From an uncultured Candidatus Saccharibacteria bacterium (GTDB lineage Bacteria > Patescibacteriota > Minisyncoccia > Sungbacterales > JACQCQ01), in assembly GCA_964494945.1 (NCBI GenBank), contig CAZBTX010000001.1:3088-67087 (forward strand): a DNA stretch of 64,000 bases, in the 5' to 3' direction. This document shows, one piece after another, positions 1 to 8,392 of this stretch (position 1 is the first letter of the stretch; each line of letters opens with the position of its first letter). A program made the translations under genes and the position numbers. The notes below the pieces were generated by a model. It was not told the DNA's origin, did not search any database, and worked only from the letters and a program-made list of their open reading frames with translations.

Positions 1-2
1 GC

Positions 3-128
3 GTGCAAATTTTTCACAAAACTCTCGGCGGTAAAATAATTGAGCTTAAAGGCCGAGGACACTATACCCTTGATGATATGGGGACAGAAGAGTTTCCGGA
101 GTTATTGAGTGAGATAAATCATCAATAA
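3..128 (+). CDS. 3' end (partial) of an alpha/beta hydrolase, RBBP9/YdeN-like
   Basis: Manual translation VQIFHKTLGGKIIELKGRGHYTLDDMGTEEFPELLSEINHQ*; the GxGH...EFPEL ending resembles YdeN-type esterases. Confidence 0.5.
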   Translation: MQIFHKTLGGKIIELKGRGHYTLDDMGTEEFPELLSEINHQ

Positions 129-149
129 TTCACGATCTTGAACGGCGAC

Positions 150-280
150 CCGCCTTCGTTAAAACTTCGGCGGACAAGTAAATGCGTGAACCCCCACACC
201 AAAATTTGGTGTGGGGGTAGAGCGCGGAGCAAAGAATTTTATTGGACCTAGGTCACAGGCCTGCCTGCCGGTAGGCAGGC
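150..280. repeat. Cluster of three short palindromic mini-elements (150-173, 190-218, 259-280)
   Basis: CCGCC...GGCGG; ACCCCCACACCAAA-A-TTTGGTGTGGGGGT; GCCTGCCTGCC-GGTAGGCAGGC. Confidence 0.8.
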
Positions 281-444
281 TCGATTCCACGCACCGGAGC
301 CATCCTTTACAAAATAGCACAAAAGTGCTATTTTGTTTTTAGTTCATAGAATCATTTCTTGGCCGCATGTGCGCATATGTAGTGCGTAGTTGCGGCCAAG
401 AAACCAATCACACGTTCAGAGATGCTAAAGGAGGGAAGCTGTCC

Positions 445-699
445 ATGGCGAACACTAGACCCAACGACATTCCCTGGGGCGGGAACTATCCGAAGGATGC
501 TGTGCAGTGTGATGGCTGTGCTGGTCATGGGTGCGTGGTCTGTGGCAATAAGGGCTGGCTACCGGTTAACCACCCTCGGGGGAAGCGATGTCTATGGGAT
601 AGATGTGGGGCGCCGATTGCACCTCCCCATTGGGGTGTTTATTGCACTTCAACATGTGCTTTCTTGGACGGGAACTTAGATGACTATTGGGGAAATTGA
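445..699 (+). CDS. Small Cys-rich putative zinc-finger protein
   Basis: SD AAGGAGGG upstream of ATG 445; CDGCAGHGCVVCGNKG (CxxCxGxG-like) plus a second Cys cluster. Confidence 0.6.
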   Translation: MANTRPNDIPWGGNYPKDAVQCDGCAGHGCVVCGNKGWLPVNHPRGKRCLWDRCGAPIAPPHWGVYCTSTCAFLDGNLDDYWGN

Positions 700-911
700 G
701 CAATTGGTCGTTAAATAATGGGGGCCTGGCCAGCTCCTATTAATTTTGTTTTATAACCATTTCCGTACGTATTTTTCTTATGAGAAAATAGGTCCTGACG
801 TTGTTCAGCAATTGCGAGTGATGTCTTTTACTGTTCGGAGTTGATTGACGAAGGTATAACAAACATGCTTTTGTGTACTTAAGCGGTTATTTGTTCGTTA
901 GGAGGAGACCA

Positions 912-1193
912 ATGGAACAGAGGGAGGAACTGCTCGCCGATGGAAGGTCGGGAGAAGTCGCGGCCATAGCGGAGAACGGTGCGCGGCGTAGCCCCGGTCG
1001 CCCATCCGTAACGGCTCCGTTCGCGTTCGTGATCGGGCGGTGGCTCAATGCCCGGCCGGAGACCTCAGGCGCTGAAGTGTTGCGCCGCGCGCGACGTGTC
1101 GGTTACAGGGGCGGCAAGAGCGCCCTGTATGCCCTGGTCGCGCGCTTGAGAGCGGCCGCCATCTCCTCAACAACCCAGTCCGTCGATGCTTGA
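912..1193 (+). CDS. Stand-alone HTH protein resembling the N-terminal region of IS21-family IstA
   Basis: SD AGGAGG; GRPS...EVLRRARRVGYRGGKSALYALVARLR resembles the IstA HTH region; no DDE domain or IstB. Confidence 0.55.
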   Translation: MEQREELLADGRSGEVAAIAENGARRSPGRPSVTAPFAFVIGRWLNARPETSGAEVLRRARRVGYRGGKSALYALVARLRAAAISSTTQSVDA

Positions 1194-1198
1194 AGTCA

Positions 1199-1242
1199 GC
1201 CCGTCTCCGCCAATGGCAGTAATGCCAACGGCGGAGACGGGC
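1199..1242 (+). terminator. GC-rich hairpin after ORF 912-1193
   Basis: GCCCGTCTCCGCC...GGCGGAGACGGGC, 13-bp stem. Confidence 0.6.
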
Positions 1243-1247
1243 CATTA

Positions 1248-1360
1248 TATTTATCCCCACACCTTCCTGAATACCCTGCGGTCTTGCCGCGAGGATGAAG
1301 GGCGGATTCAAATTTTTCCCGCGGGGTTCAATGCCCAGTGAGAATGTGTGGGGATAAATA
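1248..1360. repeat. CCCCACAC-family mini inverted-repeat element, long form, intergenic
   Basis: Terminal IRs TATTTATCCCCACAC / GTGTGGGGATAAATA; colinear with the copy at 14359-14468. Confidence 0.85.
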
Positions 1361-1425
1361 AAAAAGCGTAATTATTCCAAGCATTTTTCAACTTGGGGAG
1401 CACTTTGATAAACTGTGCAGCGGCA

Positions 1426-1454
1426 TTGACAATAGCATTGCAATATGCTATGCT
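1426..1454 (+). promoter_or_regulatory. Sigma70-type promoter
   Basis: TTGACA-17 bp-TATGCT with TG extended -10. Confidence 0.6.
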
Positions 1455-1573
1455 TTGTGTTGTTCTTTAAGTATGTTTTGCGGTAACAAAAAGTGTGTTT
1501 AAATGCCCTTTTTGTTGTCGCAAAGCGATCAACCATTCCGCAATAAGGCGGGATGCAACCCAGGAGGCGTGCC

Positions 1574-1996
1574 ATGGAACGGTCTTATCAGTCCTTCCAG
1601 GCTCCCCGGGATGTAGTGATCCAGTTCGGTGCCAGCGACAGCGTTGGCAACGAGAAGCCTGGGTCGCTTCACTTCCTCAACCTCAACGGAGTCCAGCCGA
1701 TGTCGAGTCCGTACGGAACGCCTGTCGGCAATCCGGTGGACATCAGCATCGCGCTCTCGCCCCGTCAGGTGGCGCAGATCGTGAAGCACTTCTTCGTAGA
1801 GGTCGTCTTTGCGGGCGGCATCTACCAGAAGTTCTTCGAGCGCCTGATGACGAAGCGCTGGGCGTTGATGACGGCGGCAGAGTACAAGTCGCCCGTCATG
1901 GACTCCGAGGCTTTCCGCGAGATGCACTACCACAAGGACCATCCGAGTGGCCTGGTGCTTCCCGAGGAAGATGTCGACTGGGCGCACCATCGGTAG
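1574..1996 (+). CDS. Hypothetical protein (GC-rich, SD-led)
   Basis: AGGAGG SD before ATG 1574; GC-ending codons; followed by a hairpin at about 2006-2055. Confidence 0.7.
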   Translation: MERSYQSFQAPRDVVIQFGASDSVGNEKPGSLHFLNLNGVQPMSSPYGTPVGNPVDISIALSPRQVAQIVKHFFVEVVFAGGIYQKFFERLMTKRWALMTAAEYKSPVMDSEAFREMHYHKDHPSGLVLPEEDVDWAHHR

Positions 1997-2167
1997 GGGT
2001 TCTAACCCCGCCAGGTGATAGTTTCGCGAAGCCGCGAGACGATTCACCTGGCGGGTGTTGTTATTTCTGGAGACCAAGTTGATTCAAGAGTTTTCAAATC
2101 ACTGACAATTCTTTTCCAATCCAGAATTCTAAACACATCCAGCCGGGAGCTGCATGTAGACGAGATA

Positions 2168-2196
2168 TTGACAGGATAATTTAAGTGTGATATCTT
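2168..2196 (+). promoter_or_regulatory. Sigma70-type promoter of the cold-shock gene
   Basis: TTGACA-17 bp-TATCTT; about 85-nt 5' UTR. Confidence 0.6.
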
Positions 2197-2285
2197 TTAC
2201 ACTAAGTCGGCGCTGGATAAGGCAATGATCGAGGCCTAATTGTCAGCTTGCCGATATATTATTCGCAGAACTTTCTTTTGTATTT

Positions 2286-2486
2286 ATGCCAGAAGGAACC
2301 ATTGCCCGTAAGACCGATAGAGGCTTCGGCTTCATCAAGCGCGCGGGCGAGGAAAAAGACCTCTTTTTCCACTCGAACGAATTGAAGGGAGTTACCTTTG
2401 ATGAACTTCAAGAAGGCGACGCGGTGACATTTGAAGTCGCGGACAGTCCGAAAGGGCCGAACGCGGTGAATGTAAACCGCGCCTAA
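2286..2486 (+). CDS. cspA: Cold-shock protein
   Basis: RNP1 RGFGFI, RNP2 LFFHS, KGPNAVNV; 66 aa. Confidence 0.95.
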   Translation: MPEGTIARKTDRGFGFIKRAGEEKDLFFHSNELKGVTFDELQEGDAVTFEVADSPKGPNAVNVNRA

Positions 2487-2493
2487 CAAAAAC

Positions 2494-2527
2494 AAAAAGC
2501 GTCCCGACATGCGTCGGGACGCTTTTT
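2494..2527. terminator. Rho-independent terminator, bidirectional type
   Basis: AAAAAGCGTCCCGAC-ATGC-GTCGGGACGCTTTTT. Confidence 0.85.
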
Positions 2528-2613
2528 GTTTTTTCATTTTGATTTGACAGGGGAGTGGGTACCATGTGAACCTATACAAAACACCATCAAACGCTCCATG
2601 AAAGGAGGCGCCA

Positions 2614-2976
2614 ATGCAAGCGTTGTACACGAACATCATCGTCTACACCGTCTTTCTGGTTCTCTGTTGTCTGTTGGCGCTGATCTCCGTTTGGAAAGCG
2701 CACAAGCGGAAGTTGCGCTATGTCTGCTGGATAATCTCACGTGGAGAGGGGTACGTCAGCGCGGAGATCATCTGGCGCCGCATGGGGCGGGAGGGCGGCG
2801 GGGTCATGTCGCCAGATTTTCTGAAGAGGTTCCTTCCGAGGTTGCGGAAGGAAGGATACCTCACCATGCAGCGTCCCGCTTTAATTGCGCTCTACCAGCT
2901 GACGGACAGAGGTCAGGCGGAAGCTCTCCGGCACCGCCCCAGGCCTCGTGCTGTCGTAAGGAGCTTGCGAGGATGA
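2614..2976 (+). CDS. Membrane-anchored winged-helix (PadR-like) protein
   Basis: N-terminal TM helix; LPRLRKEGYL...YQLTDRG wing motif; AAGGAGG SD. Confidence 0.55.
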   Translation: MQALYTNIIVYTVFLVLCCLLALISVWKAHKRKLRYVCWIISRGEGYVSAEIIWRRMGREGGGVMSPDFLKRFLPRLRKEGYLTMQRPALIALYQLTDRGQAEALRHRPRPRAVVRSLRG

Positions 2977-3209
2977 GAGAAATCATTCGTGGTACGCCAA
3001 GTGTCGCTAGGAAGTACTGCCCGGCGTGCGAGCCGGATGCTGACCCCAGTCGCGAGATTCTGGACGTACTCTGGTGCGAGAAGCACGTGCCTTCGCGGGA
3101 TGGCAAAGACGATGCGTTGGCGAAGACGAGCGACGTGCCTTTATCTAGAAACGCCGAGGCCGGCGGGGACAACAACCGAAGATGGTGCGAAGCACTGCAT
3201 CGGCGTTAA
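2973..3209 (+). CDS. Small Cys/His/Trp protein, hypothetical
   Basis: ATGA overlap with the upstream stop; YCPAC...WCEKH...WCEALH. Confidence 0.6.
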   Translation: MREIIRGTPSVARKYCPACEPDADPSREILDVLWCEKHVPSRDGKDDALAKTSDVPLSRNAEAGGDNNRRWCEALHRR

Positions 3210-3331
3210 GGGCCGCTGTGGGAATCAACTCCCCGGCGGCCATTTCTTTTTGTTGACATAAGACCCAAAGTGTGCTTCTCTTTGATTACGCGTTTCTAGA
3301 TTTCCCATGGGCAGAAAGAGGAGGCCCGAGT

Positions 3332-3679
3332 ATGAGCGGACGGGCGGTGAAGCACGTGCGGCAGTCGCTCGGCACCAAGCTCCGCGTGCTCCGGAAGTCA
3401 CGTGGGCTCTCGCAGGAGCATCTCGGCGAGAGGTCGAACCTCTCCGGAAAGTTCATCGGCGAAGTGGAGAGGAGCGAGAAGTCCATCTCCGTGGACTCGC
3501 TCTGGAGAGTCGCGGCGGCCCTCGAGATGCCGCTTCGCGACCTCGTGGACGCGGACTGGAGGAAGCCGGTGACGGACCGCGACAAGAAGATCGCCGAAAT
3601 CATGGCGCTTCTCCGCCGGAAGGGGCAGAAGGAGCTCGCCATGGCCTACGCGCTTCTTCAGGCGCTCTTTGGGAGGTAG
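3332..3679 (+). CDS. XRE-family HTH transcriptional regulator
   Basis: LRVLRKSRGLSQEHLGERSNLSGKFIGEVERSEKSISVDSL; GAGGAGG SD. Confidence 0.9.
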   Translation: MSGRAVKHVRQSLGTKLRVLRKSRGLSQEHLGERSNLSGKFIGEVERSEKSISVDSLWRVAAALEMPLRDLVDADWRKPVTDRDKKIAEIMALLRRKGQKELAMAYALLQALFGR

Positions 3680-3768
3680 ACAAGCTTGGGGATATTCCGG
3701 CGCACGCCGCGGTCGTTGTCAGACCGCGGCGTTTTTCTTTTTATAGAAAATGGGTGTATTTTAAGGGC

Positions 3769-4197
3769 ATGAATTACGGAGAAGGATACAGCCCGCCCGA
3801 GTCAAAAAGCCCGCTGACGGCCCATTATTACGGAGATGCCGTAAGACGCCTTTTTCTACTTGGCGGCATCATCATGATTCTAACCCTGCCGTTTTTTTCA
3901 AACCTTATCCCCGTGTCTGGCTGGGTTTCGCTTTTTGCCATAATTGTTGTTGGAGTAGTATCCGGTCTTACGAATCCAATGCATATTTGGGTGGCAGTAT
4001 TCAATCTGGTTATATCTGTTATCGCTTTTGCGGTGTTTGAATATTACGCGGTGTTACAGTACTTGGCGGATGGCAACGCGAAAGAAACGTGGTTTTTCTT
4101 GACCAACCAGGCGCTGGCTCTGATATTTTTTGTCGCAATATACTACGCGACTAAAACCCTCCGCGGGGATCTCTTAAGAAAAAAAGACGCTGTTTAG
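3769..4197 (+). CDS. Four-TM membrane protein, hypothetical
   Basis: Four hydrophobic segments; ATG 3769 follows an AT-rich leader. Confidence 0.7.
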   Translation: MNYGEGYSPPESKSPLTAHYYGDAVRRLFLLGGIIMILTLPFFSNLIPVSGWVSLFAIIVVGVVSGLTNPMHIWVAVFNLVISVIAFAVFEYYAVLQYLADGNAKETWFFLTNQALALIFFVAIYYATKTLRGDLLRKKDAV

Positions 4198-4236
4198 AAC
4201 TATTGCATACGCGGGGGAATTTGGTTATAGTCCCTC

Positions 4237-4956
4237 GTGGAATTTGATATGGATGACATCCGTGCCGAAGCATCAAGATTTGAGATAATTGAAAGACGCG
4301 AAAAAAATCGGCGCTTTAAGTGCGCGGCTATGTGGCTTTCCGCCGCCGTTTTTGTCTCCGGCGCCGTTGCCGGAACTTTTTGGTTGGCTAAAAATGAAGG
4401 ACCCGCTGTCACCGCTTCTATTTCCGAGGCCGTGTCGGAAAAAGATTGGTCCAGGGGCTCGCCCGACGCCAGAGCGGTACTGGTTGAATACAGCGATTTC
4501 CAATGCCCGGCTTGCGCGGCTTATTACCCCATGGCTGAAGAACTGCAGAAAGAATTTGGAGACAAGCTTCGTTTTGTGTACCGGCATTTCCCGTTGCGAC
4601 AGCACGCCTATGCTAATTTAACCGCTCGGGCTACCGAAGCCGCCGGCAGACAGGGAAAATTTTGGGAGATGTATGGCATAATTTTTGAACATCAAAAAGA
4701 ATGGGCCGCTTCCGACCAAGCCAGCGAGCTTATGGCCGAATATGCCAAAACCCTTAATCTTGATATGGATAAATTCTCCAAAGATCTGGCTTCGGACGAG
4801 GTGAAAGAAAGAGTGGAGAATAATCTTCAGAGCGGATTGAGTTCGCGCGTGGAAGGCACGCCAACTTTTTTCTTGAACGGCTCAAAAATCCAAAACCCCA
4901 GAAACTATGCTGAATTCAAACAACTTATCACCGAAACTCTCGCCGGCGGTTCTTAA
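4237..4956 (+). CDS. DsbA-family thioredoxin-fold oxidoreductase (BdbD-like)
   Basis: EYSDFQCPAC (CxxC), cis-Pro motif GTPTFFLNG, N-terminal TM. Confidence 0.92.
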   Translation: MEFDMDDIRAEASRFEIIERREKNRRFKCAAMWLSAAVFVSGAVAGTFWLAKNEGPAVTASISEAVSEKDWSRGSPDARAVLVEYSDFQCPACAAYYPMAEELQKEFGDKLRFVYRHFPLRQHAYANLTARATEAAGRQGKFWEMYGIIFEHQKEWAASDQASELMAEYAKTLNLDMDKFSKDLASDEVKERVENNLQSGLSSRVEGTPTFFLNGSKIQNPRNYAEFKQLITETLAGGS

Positions 4957-5377
4957 ACGTTTGGCGGTTATTTTTCTGATATTAGGGTCTTTGGGATTTT
5001 TGGACGCCCTGTATTTGAGCGTGAGCTACATTAGCGGCGTTCCGCCCTCTTGCTTCATTACCTCCAGCTGCGACGTTGTGACCACGAGTGAATACGCGGC
5101 CATCTGGGGGATACCGGTAGCAATGCTGGGAGTTTTTTACTATTTTACGGTGTCTCTTTTGGCGCTTTTGACGCTGGATACGAAAAATGAAAAGTTTCTA
5201 TCGGGACTTTCATGGTTCACGCTTCTTGGTTTTTTGGCGTCATTGTGGTTTGTTTACGTACAATTCTTTATTCTTAAGGCCCTTTGCATTTATTGTCTGC
5301 TGTCTGCTCTGATTTCCACCCTGCTTTTTATTTTGGGCGTTTACGTTATATACTTATTTAGGCGCAAAGTCGCGTAA
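4907..5377 (+). CDS. Vitamin K epoxide reductase (VKOR) family protein, DsbA reoxidant
   Basis: Loop Cys pair (C...SSCDVVTTSEYA), GIPVA, CIYC redox motif. Confidence 0.9.
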   Translation: MLNSNNLSPKLSPAVLKRLAVIFLILGSLGFLDALYLSVSYISGVPPSCFITSSCDVVTTSEYAAIWGIPVAMLGVFYYFTVSLLALLTLDTKNEKFLSGLSWFTLLGFLASLWFVYVQFFILKALCIYCLLSALISTLLFILGVYVIYLFRRKVA

Positions 5378-5405
5378 TTATTTTCAATAAAAACTTTTAA
5401 ATTAT

Positions 5406-5792
5406 ATGAACATGCGTTTGATTGAATGGGTTTTGCGAATAGCGGTAGCCGGTGAGTTTGCCGGGCATGGCATGATAGCCATGCAAAACCTTAATCCCAA
5501 ATGGTCTCTTTGGATACAGCAATTTTTGCCGTCTTTGTCGCACGAAGCGGCTGTTACGCTTTTATTTTGGATAGGGGTCGCGGACCTTTTGGTGGCTCTT
5601 ATAGTTCTTATAAAACCGATAAGAATAGTTTTATTGTGGGCGGCTTTTTGGGGATTTTGGACGGCCTTAATGCGTCCCTTGGTAGGTGAGCTGGTTTGGG
5701 ATTTCATAGAGCGCTGGGCCAACTGGGGGGCGCCATTGGCGCTGCTTTTAATGCGCGGGTTCTCTTGGAATTTGCGCGGCTGGTTTAGATAA
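5406..5792 (+). CDS. DoxX-like membrane protein
   Basis: LRIAVAGEFAGHG...IGVAD...WDFIERWANWGAPLALL. Confidence 0.6.
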   Translation: MNMRLIEWVLRIAVAGEFAGHGMIAMQNLNPKWSLWIQQFLPSLSHEAAVTLLFWIGVADLLVALIVLIKPIRIVLLWAAFWGFWTALMRPLVGELVWDFIERWANWGAPLALLLMRGFSWNLRGWFR

Positions 5793-5897
5793 CCGCAAAT
5801 TGGGTATAAATATCTTGCTGATTGACTTAGGGGTAGTAGATTGGTAAGTTGCTAGAGAATCGCGTTCACGTCAAACCAGAAAGGGGGGCGTGGCCCC

Positions 5898-6365
5898 ATG
5901 ATGACAAGCCGGACTCGGCGCAGGATAAGGCGGTTTTTCAGAAGAAACAGACCCTGGATTTTTCTGGCTTCTGTGCTCCTCATGCTGGCAGTAGTCGCGG
6001 TTTTGGGGTGTGCTCCGCGGCGGGAAGTGCCGATGCCGAAGAGTCAGGAAACGATTCCGCGACCGCGCCATGACGACTTCGTGGCACAGTTATCGGGCGA
6101 GAAAGAAATATTCGGGAACGAGCTGGAGTTGCCGCCGCGCACGCATGAGCACGGTCTGCGCCGCGCGCCCATCCCTGACGCGGATAACCCGGCTGTCCCA
6201 CTTGACTACTGGCGGCGCTGCGAGTTCAGCGCCATACCGGAGAATGGACTTTCCATCCTCAACTGCTTCTACCCCAGCGGCCAGAAGTTCCGCTACGGTC
6301 CTATAGCCGGTCACCAAGGGCCCGCGCGACGAACAGCGCGGGCCCTTTTTTTAAGACGTTTTTAA
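5898..6365 (+). CDS. Putative lipoprotein, hypothetical
   Basis: Basic N-terminus, hydrophobic stretch, lipobox-like VLGC; upstream TTGACT-17-TAAGTT and AAGGGGGG. Confidence 0.55.
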   Translation: MMTSRTRRRIRRFFRRNRPWIFLASVLLMLAVVAVLGCAPRREVPMPKSQETIPRPRHDDFVAQLSGEKEIFGNELELPPRTHEHGLRRAPIPDADNPAVPLDYWRRCEFSAIPENGLSILNCFYPSGQKFRYGPIAGHQGPARRTARALFLRRF

Positions 6366-6389
6366 CGAAGGTGCTATGATTTAATAATT

Positions 6390-7667
6390 ATGAGGAAGTT
6401 GTTATTTATTGCATTGATCGGCATCGGACTTTTACTGGCGCTCGCTTGGGGCGTTGCCTTTTATCCCCACACCTTCCCGAATACTCCGTGGGAGGGTGTG
6501 GGGATTTATTGGGAAAACTTGCGCGGAGCGTGGTTTGCGGTAAAACCCGCCGCACCCAAAATAACTGAAAAAGAGACCGTTTCGGAACTTCCTTTAAAAT
6601 TACCGGCAGACCTTTCCATTTCGTTATTCGCCAAAGACCTTCCCGGCGTTAGAGTCATGGCGCGTGACTCTTTTGGTAACTTTTGGGTAAGTCAGACATC
6701 AGAGGGCGTGATCTCATTTTTGGAAATGGAGGGCGGTAAAGTAAAAAGCCAAAGTATAATACTCAAGAATTTGAAAAAGCCGCACGGTCTGGCCTTTGAC
6801 CCCGAAAATCCTTTTACGCTTTACTTTGCGGAAGAAGATAAGCTCTCAAAAGTGACGGTCTATCCCAACGGGCTCCCACAAAAAATCGCTGATTTGCCGT
6901 CGGGTAGTGGGCACTTTACGCGGACCATTGGATTTGGGCCGGACGGGCGGCTTTATGTTTCCATTGGGTCTTCCTGCAATGTTTGCCGCGAATCTGATAA
7001 CCGGCGCGCCGCTATTTATTCTATGAAAAAAGATGGGTCGGACTTTAAATTATATGCCAGTGGTCTTCGTAACGCCGTATTTTTTACTTGGGCGCAGGAC
7101 GGAAAATTATGGGCGACGGATAACGGTCGTGATCTACTGGGGGATGATCTGCCGCCGGATGAAATCAACATCATTGAATCCGGCAAGAATTATGGTTGGC
7201 CGATTTGCTACGGCAAAAACATACATGACACCGTCTTTGATAAAAATACTTATATTCGCAATCCGTGCATGGAACCGTTTGAAACACCATCTTATATAGA
7301 CCTGCAGGCGCACTCGGCGGCCCTGGGACTCGCTTTTGTACCCCAAAACGGTTGGCCGGAGGATTATCAGGGTAACCTGATAGTGGCTTATCACGGCTCC
7401 TGGAATCGGACCGAGCCGACTGGGTATAAAGTAGTGCGTGTTAAATTGAATTCTTCGGGCGAATTTTTAGGCATTGAAGATTTCATTACCGGTTGGCTCC
7501 GACGCTCCGACGAGAAGTCAGGAGTCGGAGTCCCGACCGTAACGTCGGGACTGACTTCATCGGGCAAAGTTCTAGGCCGTCCGGTTGGAGTTTTCGCCGA
7601 GCCGGGTGGGGTGGTCTACATTACAGACGATAAAGCGGGGATAATATATAAGATAAGCAGAAAATAA
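6390..7667 (+). CDS. PQQ-dependent sugar/sorbosone dehydrogenase-family beta-propeller
   Basis: GHFTRTIGFGPDGRLYVSIGSSCN, GLRNA, NYGWP, AHSAALGL, HGSWNR; carries two in-frame repeat insertions. Confidence 0.9.
   Translation: MRKLLFIALIGIGLLLALAWGVAFYPHTFPNTPWEGVGIYWENLRGAWFAVKPAAPKITEKETVSELPLKLPADLSISLFAKDLPGVRVMARDSFGNFWVSQTSEGVISFLEMEGGKVKSQSIILKNLKKPHGLAFDPENPFTLYFAEEDKLSKVTVYPNGLPQKIADLPSGSGHFTRTIGFGPDGRLYVSIGSSCNVCRESDNRRAAIYSMKKDGSDFKLYASGLRNAVFFTWAQDGKLWATDNGRDLLGDDLPPDEINIIESGKNYGWPICYGKNIHDTVFDKNTYIRNPCMEPFETPSYIDLQAHSAALGLAFVPQNGWPEDYQGNLIVAYHGSWNRTEPTGYKVVRVKLNSSGEFLGIEDFITGWLRRSDEKSGVGVPTVTSGLTSSGKVLGRPVGVFAEPGGVVYITDDKAGIIYKISRK
6460..6508. repeat. CCCCACAC-family element, short form, in frame
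   Basis: TTATCCCCACACCTTCCC...GGGAGGGTGTGGGGAT, encoding YPHTFPNTPWEGVGI. Confidence 0.85.
7505..7550. repeat. Two-hairpin TCCCGAC/CTCCGAC element, in frame
   Basis: CTCCGAC-N12-GTCGGAG directly followed by TCCCGAC-N6-GTCGGGA. Confidence 0.8.
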
Positions 7668-8392
7668 TGGCGGATAACCAATATAACGAGGCCTATATTA
7701 AAGCCAAAGAGCAACAGGCGGAAAAGCACAAGGAGGTTTCTCACGAAAGATCAAAAGACCGCTTGCCGCCCGGCCAAGTACTTACTAAAACCTTTCCCAT
7801 TCTGGATTTGGGTATTAGGCCGACTTTAGACCGTTATCCCAAGTGGACACTGGAGGTTAAGGGTAACGTGGAAAATCCGATCGTATTATCCATTGATGAA
7901 GTGAAAAAAATGGCCGATACCGATATTACGGCTGATTTTCATTGTGTGACGCGTTGGTCGCGGTATGACCTGCATTGGTCGGGGGTCCCATTTTCTAAGA
8001 TCATGGAGCTTGTAAAACCTCGTCTTTCCGCAAACCCCCACACCAAACGAGAACAGCTGGAGAGTATGAATTTTAGTAGTGTCAGTCCTCGTTCTGGTGT
8101 GGGGGTAAAATTCATAGTTTTCCATTCTTTTGACAAATATACGACGAACGTAACTTTGGATGACGTAATGCAAAAGAACGTTATTGTGGCGACAAAACTG
8201 GAAGGCGGCGAAATACCGCCGGAGCACGGCGGGCCGATCAGGATGATACTGCCGCATCTTTACGGCTGGAAATCGGCCAAATTCTTAACGGCGATTGAAT
8301 TTGTGGACGAAGATAAACCCGGTTTTTGGGAGGTACGGGGATACTCCAATAGAGCGCGCCCCTGGATTGAGGAGAGATACAGTGGCGATTAA
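7667..8392 (+). CDS. Sulfite-oxidase-like molybdopterin-dependent oxidoreductase
   Basis: RLPPGQ, DFHCVTRWS, EHGGPIR, YGWKSAKF, GFWEVRGYS. Confidence 0.9.
   Translation: MADNQYNEAYIKAKEQQAEKHKEVSHERSKDRLPPGQVLTKTFPILDLGIRPTLDRYPKWTLEVKGNVENPIVLSIDEVKKMADTDITADFHCVTRWSRYDLHWSGVPFSKIMELVKPRLSANPHTKREQLESMNFSSVSPRSGVGVKFIVFHSFDKYTTNVTLDDVMQKNVIVATKLEGGEIPPEHGGPIRMILPHLYGWKSAKFLTAIEFVDEDKPGFWEVRGYSNRARPWIEERYSGD
8034..8106. repeat. CCCCACAC-family element, in frame
   Basis: ACCCCCACACCA...TGGTGTGGGGGT, encoding NPHTKREQ...RSGVGV. Confidence 0.8.

Noticed and set aside
130-302. tmRNA 3' end
   Set aside because: No correctly paired T arm or CTCCACCA end, and no tag reading frame identified.
310-335. 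Second CIRCE element
   Set aside because: Arms resemble TAGCAC/GTGCTA but the spacing is far shorter than CIRCE and no heat-shock gene follows.
445-3679. Integron cassette array or prophage
   Set aside because: No integrase, attC sites or phage structural genes; the genes have their own promoters and a core-type cspA is interspersed.
1495-4197. Long alternative-frame ORFs in GC-rich parts (1495-2082, the 5' parts of 2526-3209 and 3307-4197) and many antisense ORFs over core genes
   Set aside because: Shadow ORFs overlapping better-supported genes that have SDs and recognisable motifs.
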